DNA of 64,000 nt, taken from assembly GCF_009914755.1 (NCBI RefSeq), contig NC_060925.1; one strand, given 5' to 3'. The notes beneath the pieces were generated by a model. That model saw only the letters and a program-made list of their open reading frames with translations, made no database searches and was not told the DNA's origin. The translations under genes were made by a program, and so were the position numbers. Source of the stretch: the human T2T-CHM13v2.0 reference genome, Homo sapiens. Numbering within the stretch: position 1 is the first letter of the stretch; each line of letters opens with the position of its first letter. Positions 1 to 10,915 of this stretch are shown here, in pieces.

Positions 1-82
1 CCTCGATCTCTTGACCTCGTGTTCTGCCTGCCTCGGCCTCCCAAAGTGCTGGGATTACAGGCGTGAGCCACCGCATCTGGTC
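1..82 (-). mobile_element. Alu, 5' part (cut by window edge)
   Basis: CCTCGGCCTCCCAAAGTGCTGGGATTACAGGCGTGAGCCACCGC is the reverse complement of the Alu 5' end. Confidence 0.95.
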
Positions 83-264
83 CGAGAAGTATCTTGTATT
101 TATATATTGCAATGAGACTTCTCTCTCACGTCTTCACACTAAAGCATCATATCCCTCCAGTTCTGAATTTCTCTTGAGCTTCACAATGTTCTTCTGAGCA
201 CTGAAGCAATATAATTTAACTATAATTTATAAAGCTGAATAAAGCGGTACATATATAATGCCCA

Positions 265-685
265 GCAGCAGGTACCTCAAGCTTTACATATCTCAAAACT
301 CAAAGTATTTTTTTCCGTCAAATCTGTGCCTCCTCAATATTTTCACCTTCAGTAGCAGAAGTTTTTCACCCATGACTTTTCTTTCCCATTCACCAAATTT
401 TAAAATTCCTCCATCACAAATGCCTCTTCTGCCACCTCTTTTTAATTTCCACTAGTCCTGACCATGTGCAGGTCATAATTATCTGCCTCTTAGACCACTG
501 CAGTAGTCTTCTAATAGATTGCTCTGAATCCAATTTCTAATTAGTAGAATCCATCCTTTGTATTCCTCCCCATGATACATTTCCAAATATTGCTATGATG
601 TACTTATTCAATCAAAAAAATTTGGACAGAATATAGTCCAAATTCTTTACCATGGCATTCAAGGCTCTCCAAAAACTGGCCTTGG
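265..685 (+). mobile_element. L2 fragment (degenerate)
   Basis: L2-like motifs: ACCTCAAGCTTTACATATCTCAAAACT, ACTGCAGTAGTCTTCTAA, CCAAATTCTTTACCATGGCATTCAAGGCTCT. Confidence 0.55.
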
Positions 686-856
686 ATTCCTAGCTGGCTA
701 GCTCATTGAGGTTAGGAGTATGTTTCTTAAAATATCTGGATAGAGCAGCAAGTTCTGTGTGTCTCTGTAGATGTGTGTATATTTATGTACACACATTTGT
801 TTTATTGATGGAATCATTAACATTACTCTCATGCATCATGATTGCTTAGCTGGAAA

Positions 857-1327
857 TGTTGTCAAATAAAAAACAGGGCCAGACAGTAGTTGAAGTGGCA
901 AAAACACTGTAGTCAGGAACTACTGCAATAAGAGAAAAGAGACCTCAATACAGAGCTGGGCTCAATTCCAATTACAGCATGGACAAGTGGGGATTTAAAG
1001 CCAAGGGGGCGTCAGGTCAAGTGGATGGAAACTTACTGATAGGGAACATCACGGGTGGGAGGGTTCTGATTAAGCAGGCCTAATAGGATTCTTGCTGAAG
1101 CCAGGCCAGGGTGGTCAGATACCAATGATAGAAAATGAAGAATTTGATCAGGTATCGACGGTAATCAGGTATGAAGGGTTGGGGGTTCTCTCTCAACAGC
1201 CGTAGCGAGACCTTTGCTACAACTCGGTGATCCAGGGTCCACAGGATTGGAAGCCAAGGTCAAGGCCTAGTCGGAAAGAAGGCTTAGATGAGCCTGACCA
1301 AAGTTCAGCCAAGGAGAGTTTTTGCCA
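857..1327 (-). mobile_element. MER31-like ERV1 solo LTR
   Basis: Reverse complement begins TGGCAAAAACTCTCCTTGGCTGAACTTTGGTCAGGCTCATCTAAGCCTTCTTTCCGACTAGGCCTTGACCTTGG, matching my recall of the MER31 5' end; about 470 bp with TG..CA termini. Confidence 0.75.
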
Positions 1328-1729
1328 GTGTATTCACACTCCGTGTGTGTGTGGTGTGTCTGTCTCAGTACTACTGTAATTGATGAGGCAGGGGCTCCCT
1401 GGCCATCCCAGCAGTGTCACCATCTTTTGGGTAGAACAGCAGACACAGAGATGGCCCACTGTGGACAGTTAACTAACTGGCTCTGTTTAGCATGGGAAAG
1501 GAAGGAGAGTCCTGATTTTCTTTCAATATTCCTCAGGTATATTGATCTGACCCCCAAGTTACATAAGATCTGCAGTGATAAAACCATTACCCAAAAAACT
1601 CACTGTCTTTTACCACTTATATCCTCAGCATTATCATCAATTGTCTTAATACAAGGTTGGTGGCAAAAAACGGCTCACAAGTATGCATACAAAGGGGCCA
1701 AACACATTGAGCAGCAAAACCCCCAAAGC

Positions 1730-2490
1730 AGACACCGCCCGAGACCCGCTGGAGCGCTTCCGCAAATCTCGCGAGATAGCAGGCAGCGATGCCTTTTGCT
1801 CCGGTTTCTCGTGAGACCCCGGGGCTTCAGCTTTTCGTTTGCGGAGCCCGCGGCGGCGTTTCCTGGGGCAACAGCAATGGCGGCCTCGCTGTCCGAGCGG
1901 CTCTTCTCGCTGGAGCTGCTGGTGGACTGGGTGCGTTTGGAAGCCCGGCTGCTGCCGTCCCCCGCTGCCGCAGTGGAGCAGGAGGAGGAAGAGGAGGAAA
2001 AGGAGCAGGGGGAGGCCTCGTCGCCGCGCGGTCTGTGCCCCGCCGTGGCCTTCCGCCTGCTGGACTTCCCCACGCTGTTGGTTTACCCTCCTGACGGCCC
2101 CGGCGCTCCCGCCGCCGAACCGTGGCCCGGTGTCATCCGCTTCGGTCGCGGCAAGTCCTGCCTCTTCCGCCTGCAGCCTGCTACCCTGCACTGCCGGCTC
2201 CTGCGGACCCCGCTTGCCACCTTGCTGCTGCAGCTGCCCCCTGGGCGCCCGACGCCCACCCCACAGCTCCTGGGGGCCTGCGACATTTCGCTGGCCACCG
2301 CAGCGCACAGGGTCGTGGGGCCGGCCGCCTCCGGATGCTCCCACCGTCACCGGGGACGTTTCCCCCTGCATAATCGAGTGGGCGAGCGGACTGGGGACAT
2401 TGCACTGGCCTACCGCCTGACTGACCTGGGAAGCCGCCTGCTGAGCCAACTTGAGCGGCCCCTCACCTTCACCCGCACAGGAGGAGGAGC
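1730..2490. promoter_or_regulatory. CpG island / MAP10 promoter and 5' end
   Basis: Abrupt GC- and CpG-rich stretch around the start codon in otherwise CpG-depleted DNA; boundaries estimated by eye. Confidence 0.85.
1767..1816. promoter_or_regulatory. CGCG element (BANP motif) TCTCGCGAGA plus a degenerate second copy
   Basis: Perfect palindrome TCTCGCGAGA at 1767-1776 (extends to ATCTCGCGAGAT) and TCTCGTGAGA at 1807-1816, 60-110 nt upstream of the ATG. Confidence 0.75.
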
Positions 2491-4594
2491 GGAGGTCAGT
2501 CCCCAAACCCAGCAGGAAAGACAGCAGCTGCAGCAGCCAGCCTCACAGCCAAGCCCAAAAGAGGCTGATAAGCCGCTGGGGGAGTTAGAAATCCCAGAGG
2601 CACAGAAGGATTTGAAGGAAATGGTTAAAAGTAAGGCCGAATGTGATAATGTGGGTTCTGTGGAGAATGGCAAAACCAATTCTGTTGTTACATGTTCAGG
2701 TGCTGGCAATGGGAGAAATGTTAGCTCCCTAAATGAGGAAGTCACAGAATTGGACATGGAGACCAATATATTTTGCCCTCCTCCTTTGTATTACACTAAC
2801 TTGACCCAAGAAAAACCGCCCCCTGCACAGGCTAAAATCACCATTGAGCCTCAAATGAATGCACCTGAGGAAATGGATGATGCTTCTCCTGAAAAAAAGC
2901 GTGTAAATCCCCCAGCACACAGGAGTTGTCTAAAGCATCCAAGTTCTGCAGCACACGAACATCCTCCAATGCTTGTAAATCCTCCACATATTCAGAATAT
3001 AGGAGCAACTAATCAAACATGTCAAACTGAACAAAATCGAATTAATACAATAAGGCAGTTGCCTTTGTTAAATGCTTTGTTAGTTGAGTTGTCCTTGTTA
3101 TATGACCAACCTGTGACAAGTCCTGCTCATATACATCCTCACCTAGCCTGGTTATATAGGACTGAGGATAAGAAGTCACCCGAATCTTCTGCCAAATCCA
3201 CATGCCGGTCTGAAGCCAAGAAGGATAAGCGTTCTGTGGGGGGATGTGAAAAGTCAGTGAGTCTTCAGTATAAAAAGAACCAAATTGAAAACTATAAGGA
3301 AGATAAATATTCTGAAAAGAGCAGTGGTGCCCTCCATAAAAGAGTTCCAAAAGGGAGGCTACTTTATGGCTTAACAAATACACTAAGACTACGTTTAAAG
3401 CTGACAAATCCTGATATGTTGGTGGTACATGAAAAAAGAGAACTATATAGAAAAAGACAATCACAAATGTTGGGTACAAAATTCAGAATTCCGTCATCCA
3501 AAGTTAAACTATTAAGCTCTGCAGAACAAAGTCAGAAGCCACAACTGCCTGAAGATAAGTATTTAGATTCAGATGCATCTTTCACTGAAAATAGTGATAC
3601 CTCAAGACAAATCAGTGGAGTTTTTGATGAGCCCAGCACAAGTAAAGAAACTAAACTGAAATATGCAACTGAAAAAAAGACAGTTGATTGTAGTAAAAAT
3701 AGAATCAATAATGTTTCATTGGAAGAAGTTGTGAGTCCTGCAAATTCCATTATTCCAGAAAGGCTTACCCCTACAAATATTCTGGGAGGAAATGTGGAAA
3801 TGAAAATCCAAAGTCCATGTGTTTTCCAACAGGATGCTGTTGTTGACAGAATTGTAGATAAGGAAATAGATATTAGACAGGTCAAAACCACAGATAATGA
3901 CATTCTTATGGCTGATATAAGTGACAAGAGAACAGGTAAAAATAGTTGCTATGAAAACATCTCAGAACTGAAGTATTCAGATGATTTGTCTAGCCCTTGC
4001 TATTCTGAAGATTTCTGTACCAGTGAGGACACCAGCAGAAGTTTCAAAGCTCATGATAGCAGTTCAAGGACAGAAAATCCAAAACATAGTCAATATACAA
4101 GCAAGTCTAGTGACACAGGAGTGTCCAAAAAGAAAAATAGTAGTGACAGGAGTTCTATCCTTAGCCCACCTTTTTCAGCCGGGTCACCTGTACACTCATA
4201 CAGAAAATTTCATATTTCAAAGACTCAGGATAAAAGTTTGGAGGAAGCATCTAGTATCTCTGCTAGTGATTTATCTTCAACACATTGGACTGAACAAAAA
4301 GAAAACCAGATAGATCAAAATAGTATGCACAATTCTGAAATTACAAAGAGAGCTCAAGACATCTCTGTTAAAACAAGAAGTAGTTGGAAATCTTTAGAAA
4401 AAAGCCAGTCACCACAAACATCCCAGGTGAGTTCTTACCTGCCTTCAAATGTGTCCGAACTTAATGTCCTGGATAGCAGTACATCAGATCACTTTGAAGA
4501 AGGCAATGATGATGTTGGTTCACTAAATATTTCCAAGCAATGCAAAGATATTTGTGAATTAGTAATAAATAAACTTCCAGGATACACAATGTAA
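1877..4594 (+). CDS. MAP10: Microtubule-associated protein 10 (KIAA1383), single coding exon, 905 aa
   Basis: ATG at 1877 in strong Kozak context (GCAATGG) starts MAASLSERLFSLELLVDWVRL. It is in frame with ORF 1322..4594 (1090-185 = 905 aa). The protein contains the family signature HPHLAWLY (3134-3157) and a Ser/Lys-rich C-terminus ending NKLPGYTM. An upstream in-frame ATG at 1451 would give 1047 aa. Confidence 0.95.
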   Translation: MAASLSERLFSLELLVDWVRLEARLLPSPAAAVEQEEEEEEKEQGEASSPRGLCPAVAFRLLDFPTLLVYPPDGPGAPAAEPWPGVIRFGRGKSCLFRLQPATLHCRLLRTPLATLLLQLPPGRPTPTPQLLGACDISLATAAHRVVGPAASGCSHRHRGRFPLHNRVGERTGDIALAYRLTDLGSRLLSQLERPLTFTRTGGGAEVSPQTQQERQQLQQPASQPSPKEADKPLGELEIPEAQKDLKEMVKSKAECDNVGSVENGKTNSVVTCSGAGNGRNVSSLNEEVTELDMETNIFCPPPLYYTNLTQEKPPPAQAKITIEPQMNAPEEMDDASPEKKRVNPPAHRSCLKHPSSAAHEHPPMLVNPPHIQNIGATNQTCQTEQNRINTIRQLPLLNALLVELSLLYDQPVTSPAHIHPHLAWLYRTEDKKSPESSAKSTCRSEAKKDKRSVGGCEKSVSLQYKKNQIENYKEDKYSEKSSGALHKRVPKGRLLYGLTNTLRLRLKLTNPDMLVVHEKRELYRKRQSQMLGTKFRIPSSKVKLLSSAEQSQKPQLPEDKYLDSDASFTENSDTSRQISGVFDEPSTSKETKLKYATEKKTVDCSKNRINNVSLEEVVSPANSIIPERLTPTNILGGNVEMKIQSPCVFQQDAVVDRIVDKEIDIRQVKTTDNDILMADISDKRTGKNSCYENISELKYSDDLSSPCYSEDFCTSEDTSRSFKAHDSSSRTENPKHSQYTSKSSDTGVSKKKNSSDRSSILSPPFSAGSPVHSYRKFHISKTQDKSLEEASSISASDLSSTHWTEQKENQIDQNSMHNSEITKRAQDISVKTRSSWKSLEKSQSPQTSQVSSYLPSNVSELNVLDSSTSDHFEEGNDDVGSLNISKQCKDICELVINKLPGYTM

Positions 4595-4812
4595 AAATAC
4601 ATGCTTTTAAAAAACTTTCAAGGACCTATGTGTACTGTTAGTGAAAAAAATTTTAAAGCTGTTTTAGTTCATGAATTATGTGAATAATTTTTTAAAGAAA
4701 TATGAATTAACGTTATTCCTTTGATGTTTAAATGGTATTTTACCATTAAATCTGATAATATTGATTATTAAATCATATAAACAGATTTCTTTTTAAATTG
4801 TTTAATCATAAG

Positions 4813-4818
4813 AATAAA
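4813..4818 (+). terminator. Candidate proximal polyadenylation signal of MAP10
   Basis: AATAAA about 220 nt after the stop, followed by GT/T-rich sequence (GTGTGTCTTTC...TTGTCTCTCT). Confidence 0.55.
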
Positions 4819-5104
4819 AGTGTGTCTTTCTAAATTGTCTCTCTTAAAGTGTCTAGTCTACAGTATTGATCATTCTAAAGCTGACTTCATGCACACCACT
4901 GAAAAAGAAGGCTAGTTAGTAAGGACAGCCTCAAATTTTAATTGGAACAAATTATTTAACAAATATAGAAGACTTACTGTGTTAGATGCAGAAAGGTGCA
5001 GAATCTATTTATGATAGAGCCCTGCTGTTTTAAAAGCTTACAGTTGTATGTAGATAAGAAGTCTTCCTTGACATATACATATCCCATATCCCCAATAGGT
5101 GAAG

Positions 5105-5300
5105 TTGCTTTTATATGCTCTCATAGTGCCCTGCACCTTTTGTTTATAAGCCACAATTTGTGTGATTACTTGATTAAAGTTTATCTTCCACTAGGCTTCA
5201 GTTGTGTGATGGGATCATATTTGTTTTACACATCAGTGCATTTTTGTATTTAGCACAATTCCTGGCATGTGGCTGCAGTGCAATAAAAACATTTGTTGAA
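5105..5300 (+). mobile_element. L2 3' end
   Basis: TAGCACAATTCCTGGCATGTGGCTGCAGTGCAATAAAAACATTTGTTGAA resembles the L2 terminus; it supplies an AATAAA at 5282-5287. Confidence 0.6.
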
Positions 5301-8300
5301 AAAAACGAAGCCCAGGCATTTAAAATACCTAATGGGAGGGTTTAGAATTAAGCAGCAAAAATAAGCAGATTCCCTAAAATAAACCTGCAGAAAATCCTTA
5401 TTGGAAATATATTTGACTGTAATATTTCTGTTTTGCTTGGTATAAATAGCCTTCAGGTGTTCTCTGAAATATTTGGAAAGGGAAACTTAAGAAGGTATCT
5501 TTTATACAGTTTCTGATATAGGAGTTCAGTTTCTTGTCATTTCAGTTTGTTCAATGGTTATTTTTAGTGTATGGAACTTTGTTTTTATGAAATCCAGTGA
5601 TAATTTATAATTTATTCCATTGGTTTTATATTTAGACTTTATTCTGTGTTCAAATATTTACATATATTTTCTTCTAGCTGTGTTATACTTTAATTTTTAG
5701 ACTTTTTAATATATCTAACGTTTTTGAATGTATGAAGTGAGGTTCTAATTTCCTTTCTTTAAAGGTAATTAATTATATAGGTATTCTGAATGATCATAAT
5801 ACTAGAATATAGATAGATGGTAAAAAGAGAGAAGAGGATGTTACATTTTGGGGAGCAATATGAATAAAAGAGTGATGGGAATGAGCCTGATATATTTATG
5901 GGACAATTTAAAATATTATCTTGAATAGAATGATCCACTCATGCTACAGAGTGGTAGAAAGGACATTTGTTGAGTAAGGAAAATGCCAGATTACAGAGAG
6001 CCTCAAATGCTAAGTATAATAATAGAATTCTAAGCAATAGGAATAACAGATTATTTTAGGTTATAAATGAGCACTAGTAAGTAGTCATGACATTTTGAAT
6101 ATTTTAAATTATTGAAAATAATAAGCAGAGAAATTATATCAGTTAAAGTTTTGAGATATGAAAGGTTTCTGTGGCTAGTGGCTATGATCTTAATTTTTCT
6201 AAAATATAAAGCATATAGTATAACATTTCACAAAATCAAAATATTGTAATGCCAGGTATTGTAACTAGATGTTTAATGATGTGAACTGTGTAAATTGTTT
6301 AATAGCAATTTGTCATTACTATGGAAGAGACAATAAAAATATAAGCAATATCAGAATCATCAAAGAAATAATTCCTTATAAACCAACGTTTTATTTGGTA
6401 GAGAGTAAGTCATTGTCTGTGGTAAGAATAGGTAAAATGATTAATTTAGCAAGTCTAAGGTACAACAAGACCAAAAAACTAATGCACTTTAAATTACAAA
6501 GCTGAGTAGCTGAATCCGCTTCTCTTTGAGTTAATCCATGAATACTTATTTCTAGAATTGTGATAATTGTTTCTTCTAGTCTAATTCTAGTGAAAATATC
6601 TGTTTTCATGTATTTAGTCCTTCCTATTACATTCTACAAATTCTACTCCATGTTTTAATTCTACAATCTATAAGCTTATTTTAAAAGAATTTTGTAATAG
6701 ATACTATTCATGGAGCCTTATTTATCTCCTTAGTTGCTTAAAATTATTGAAACATGAAATAGTATTTCAAGTCACAAATAAGGGAGACTGTCATTTCATT
6801 GTAAAACCAAGCTATTGCAAACCTTCCAAAAGGTCTTCTGAATATCATGGGTGTCTAAACTGCTATGGACAAAGCTGAGTGGGAGAGGGTCTAAAATGCA
6901 AAGTGAGCCACAGAAAAGATGTTAAGACCTACCTCTATGTAATGTTGAATGTTTACAGCTTAGGAACCAACCACCAATAATAAGTCCTCTGAACTGTTCC
7001 CATAAACATTTGCAGAGGGCTGTGCAGATGCATACAGTACGCTGGGTTTTTTCCCTTCACTTACAATGCATGCTATTGATGACATTTTCAGATGCAAAGA
7101 ACAATGATATTAAACTTCTATCATGCAATTATTATGGCTTTCTGCTGAGAGCCACTCCTTTACATGTCAATTAATTTAGATTTTTCTTCATGTACAAGCA
7201 GTGAATTTAGTATGGAATTACATTTAGGAACCAGACTTTTATTGGTAGCAAAATATAGGTCAAGACTGTTAATTAAAAAACCCAGCTTTTAAATTACCAC
7301 ACTTGTTGGCAAGGCAGATAAATTTCATAACAAAGCAACATATAAATAATATTTAAATTTCCTGCATCAAACTGTCCTTGGGCCTAGAGAAAGACATTCT
7401 TCAGTCGGTTTATGTTTTAATTTAGATTTAAATATTTAGGGAGTTGTACAGAATGACAATATATAGGCCAAAACTTGCTGAGTCATTCTTTTCTTATTTT
7501 TAACCTAAAACAATACAAGGAAAACTTCATTTGGTCAAGGACCAAGGCTTTCTTAAGTGATTTTCTCTGGAGACCTAACTGTCATGCCTGGAAGTAACAG
7601 ACTTCAGGAGGATCTTCATTAGCTTGGAGTGCCAAGCCTTAGTGTTAGAAGTATTTCGTTGTTTTTAAAAACTCTTCTCAGATCTCTGTTATACTGAACT
7701 ATAATAATTCTAGAAAAAAATTAGAAAACTTAGATAAGAGGTTTTGCTTCAAAATTGTGTACTAAGGAAAGGTTATAGTGTTTTCCTTCCAAAATTCCAC
7801 GGAAATGACAGACATAAAAATATGAATGCACCCGAAGTAGCCTTGGAAAACAAGGAAAATGCTGGTGGTGGACAAGACACCCAGTTTGAGGAACTTCTGG
7901 AAGACACAAAGCAGTTGAGATTATGTTGATGAAAAAATTGGTTACAAATCCACTCTTCAACACAGCCCCATGAGAATGCTTCTGGAGAAATGAGAAGATG
8001 GTATTTTCCAACAGAGCCCCAGAAAAAGTTCAAGCTGGTCGGCAGGGCTTGGGCATAGGAGCAGGTTAAGGGACAACTGAGGGAAAAGCAGAACCCTGAG
8101 GACAGGCAAGAAGCTGGGGTGGGCTCAAGGTTACCTACTAGAATAGGTATTGGGACCAAGGAGAAAAACTATTTTTCACCTTTGACACCAAAACATATAT
8201 TCAAACTGTCTCAATGTTATTGGAGCGACTACTAACCCTAGTGGCAAATTAAAATGGTATAAACCTGGTCATTGGAGACAGACAAATGGCGTTTGCATCC

Positions 8301-9919
8301 TTGATTATTTTACTCCTTGGAGACTTTCTTCATTATAGAATTGGTTTCAGGATTGAGTCAAATAACATATATAGCATATATGACAATGAGTGTGAGTGAG
8401 TGTTAGGTGATGTATTTAATGATATTACAAAGAATGCACCGTGGTATCTGTATTCCAGCCTAGGGGGATGCATTTTCAATTAAAACTTCAGTCAAGAAAT
8501 CAAGTCTTTCTTCCAGAAAGTTTAAACAACTTTCCTATAGCATAGCAAGGCAAAAGAAGTCCATGGTGATAAAAGAGTCAGCACAGACTTCTGGCCAGGC
8601 AAGAAGACTTTAGGTCACAGAGCACAGCCACAAAACCAAGCAGAAGAAGGAGCCCTTCTCAGAGTACTAAGCAAAATGGGGCATCTAGCTTTGTGCAGAG
8701 TACTTAGGAGAGGGGACTACAAAATGTCCTTACTATACAGAAAGAAAGGAAACACTGATCCAGGTCCCCAGTAAAGACAAAATTTTCTAAAAGAGCAAGA
8801 AAGTGGTGTATCAGTGCTGGGAAGCATACGTTTCCCTGCAAATCTAGGTAAGTAGCCCCTCCTATATGAGGTTGTTTTAAAACCTCCTAAACAATTTTTT
8901 TTTCCTGTTTATATATAGTCCATGTTTTTTCATAGTAGGTACACAAAAAATGTTTATTCTTTCCTTTGAATACCTTGAGGTCTGGGGTGGGGATGGGGTG
9001 AGTGGGGAAGGAGCTGTCATAATGCATCATAATAAAATAGGTAGAAACTTACAGAACGAGTTGGGAAGGGATGAGACTTAGCTTTCAGGCCAGATACTGT
9101 AACTGAGTAGTAGAGCCCTTGGTAGCAGAAATCCATGAAAAGATTTGGGTTTTAAATTGAAAGGAAGTTTGTGTTTTACAGGAACAGGGCAGCACAGGAG
9201 ATTAGATGAGCTCCTGAGCAATAGTGAGACAAGGTAACAGCTGAAGGTCATACTCAGAAAGAACATAGAAGAGAAGAGGTCCATGAGTCAGTAAGTCGGT
9301 GACTGCAGGATCAGAAACCTATACTTATAGCTTGACTATTTAGGATACTCTATGTTATGTCCCTTTCTATGTGCTTCTTGTTTTTAATATCGTTCTTTTT
9401 GAAGGATCTTCTAGTTGATCCATACAAGCAGTAGGAAATGACTTTGGTTGTGGCTATAATTGAGCAGAAATCCTAAAGGGAGAGCAGCATATCCCTAGAG
9501 TCTACATTATCAAAAGACTGAGAAAAAATATATAGGGCCTTTTAGAAAGTCCCTTCTTTTTACCCAAAGATTTCTCGTTCAGCTTTTCTTTACTGAAGAC
9601 CTTGGAGCACTTCACAATTTGTTTTATTAAGGGAAGCTGTTCAATCACAGAGAGTCTCACACCCATCAGCTGCCTTGAGTACTGTATCTCATTACTAACA
9701 ATTTCAGCGTCAACCTTGTGGAGTGAATTGGGACTGAATTCTGGACTCAGAATGACGTAACAAATAGTGGATTGCTTTAGATACAGAGGAGTCTATTTTC
9801 AAAAGAGTTGGCCTGAAAATTGTTTCTTGCATATCCAACATTTTTAAGACTATTTCCAAGTACTTTGGGATAGTGTTTATTAACCTGAGGGAAAAGATCT
9901 TTGTAATCGCCTGAGAAAG

Positions 9920-9976
9920 TCCAGCATGGGCGACAAAAGCGAGACTCCATCTCAAAAAAAAAAAAAAAAAAAAAAA
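9920..9976 (+). mobile_element. Extremely 5'-truncated Alu (34 nt plus A-tail)
   Basis: TCCAGCATGGGCGACAAAAGCGAGACTCCATCTC followed by A23; AAAGTCC direct repeat at 9916-9922 and 9974-9980. Confidence 0.85.
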
Positions 9977-10289
9977 GTCCTGAGTAGGAACATGCACGCC
10001 TCTTGTTAGCAAAGTACTCTGTATCCCTGATATTCTCTGTAATAGCCAGAAGCCAAGTATGTCGGAGGGCAGAACTTATATTTTCAGGGGAAACTTCCTT
10101 CCATTCTAGTGCTTCTTTTCTACAGTGATTTCTTGGTGCCCTCTTCCTACCTCACTGATCACAGTGTGAGTTCCTACTGTCAACCTCTAAAAACCAGTGT
10201 GAGAGGCAGGATCTTACTAAAATTATGGCTTCATTTTTCATTGGCAAATAGGATTGTTAATAATTTGTTGATGTGTTGTTGTCATTAAT

Positions 10290-10412
10290 TTTAACACTAA
10301 CGTCTTCTTATACTGAATAGCACTTTACAGCTTATGAAGGACTTCCACTGTTTCACTTCATCTTTACCAGAACCCTGTGAGCTAAGTATTAATATAGATG
10401 AGGAAACAGGCT
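10290..10412 (-). mobile_element. MIR fragment
   Basis: AACCCTGTGAGCTAAGTATTAATATAGATGAGGAAACAGGCT MIR core. Confidence 0.6.
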
Positions 10413-10550
10413 GTTTTCCATATTCATTGCCTTTCTCACTTTCATAGAGAAACTGAAAGACTTTCAGCATAAATCTCAGAAAAATAATGTTTCTTCAATC
10501 CTTATAATATCATTTCCAGAATCAGAGTCTATCATTAGATTAAATTCCAG

Positions 10551-10800
10551 TTTATTTTATTTTGTTGTGGTAAGAACACTTAATATGAGATCTACGCTTC
10601 TAGCAAATTTTTAAGCATACAATTCATTCTTGTTGACTGTGGGCACAGTGTTGCACAGCAGCTCTCTAGAGCTTATTAACCTTGCTTGACTGACACTTTA
10701 TGCCCAATGATTAATAATTTCCCATATCCCCCTCATCTCAGCCCCTGACAACCACCATTCCATCCTTTGATTTTACACATCTGACTATTTTAGATACCTT
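10551..10800 (-). mobile_element. L1MA/L1MB-type 3' end
   Basis: GTGGTAAGAACACTTAATATGAGATCTAC...AGCCCCTGACAACCACCATTC...TTTAGATACC, typical of an old L1 3' UTR in antisense. Confidence 0.7.
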
Positions 10801-10915
10801 GAGCAGAGGACCTACCTAAGCAATGCCTGGACTCCTGACTCATGAACACTATCAGAAAACATGGCTGTTGTTTTAAGCTGCTAATTTGTTATGCAGCAAC
10901 GGAAAAATAATGCAA
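10801..10915 (+). mobile_element. MLT1 (MaLR) LTR 3' fragment
   Basis: CCTGGACTCCTGACTCATG...TGTTGTTTTAAGCTGCTAATTTGTTATGCAGCAACGGAAAAATAATGCA. Confidence 0.65.

Noticed and set aside
1646-2766. Overlapping antisense and alternate-frame ORFs over the MAP10 5' end (e.g. 286 aa at 1646-2506, 193 aa at 1839-2420)
   Set aside because: Expected from stop-codon scarcity in a CpG island and from shadowing of a real CDS; low-complexity products, and 1839 starts at TTG.
7744-7929. 61-aa ORF with protein-like composition and an MNAPE motif also found in MAP10
   Set aside because: The match is only about 5 codons; no recognisable homology, splice structure or retrocopy hallmarks.
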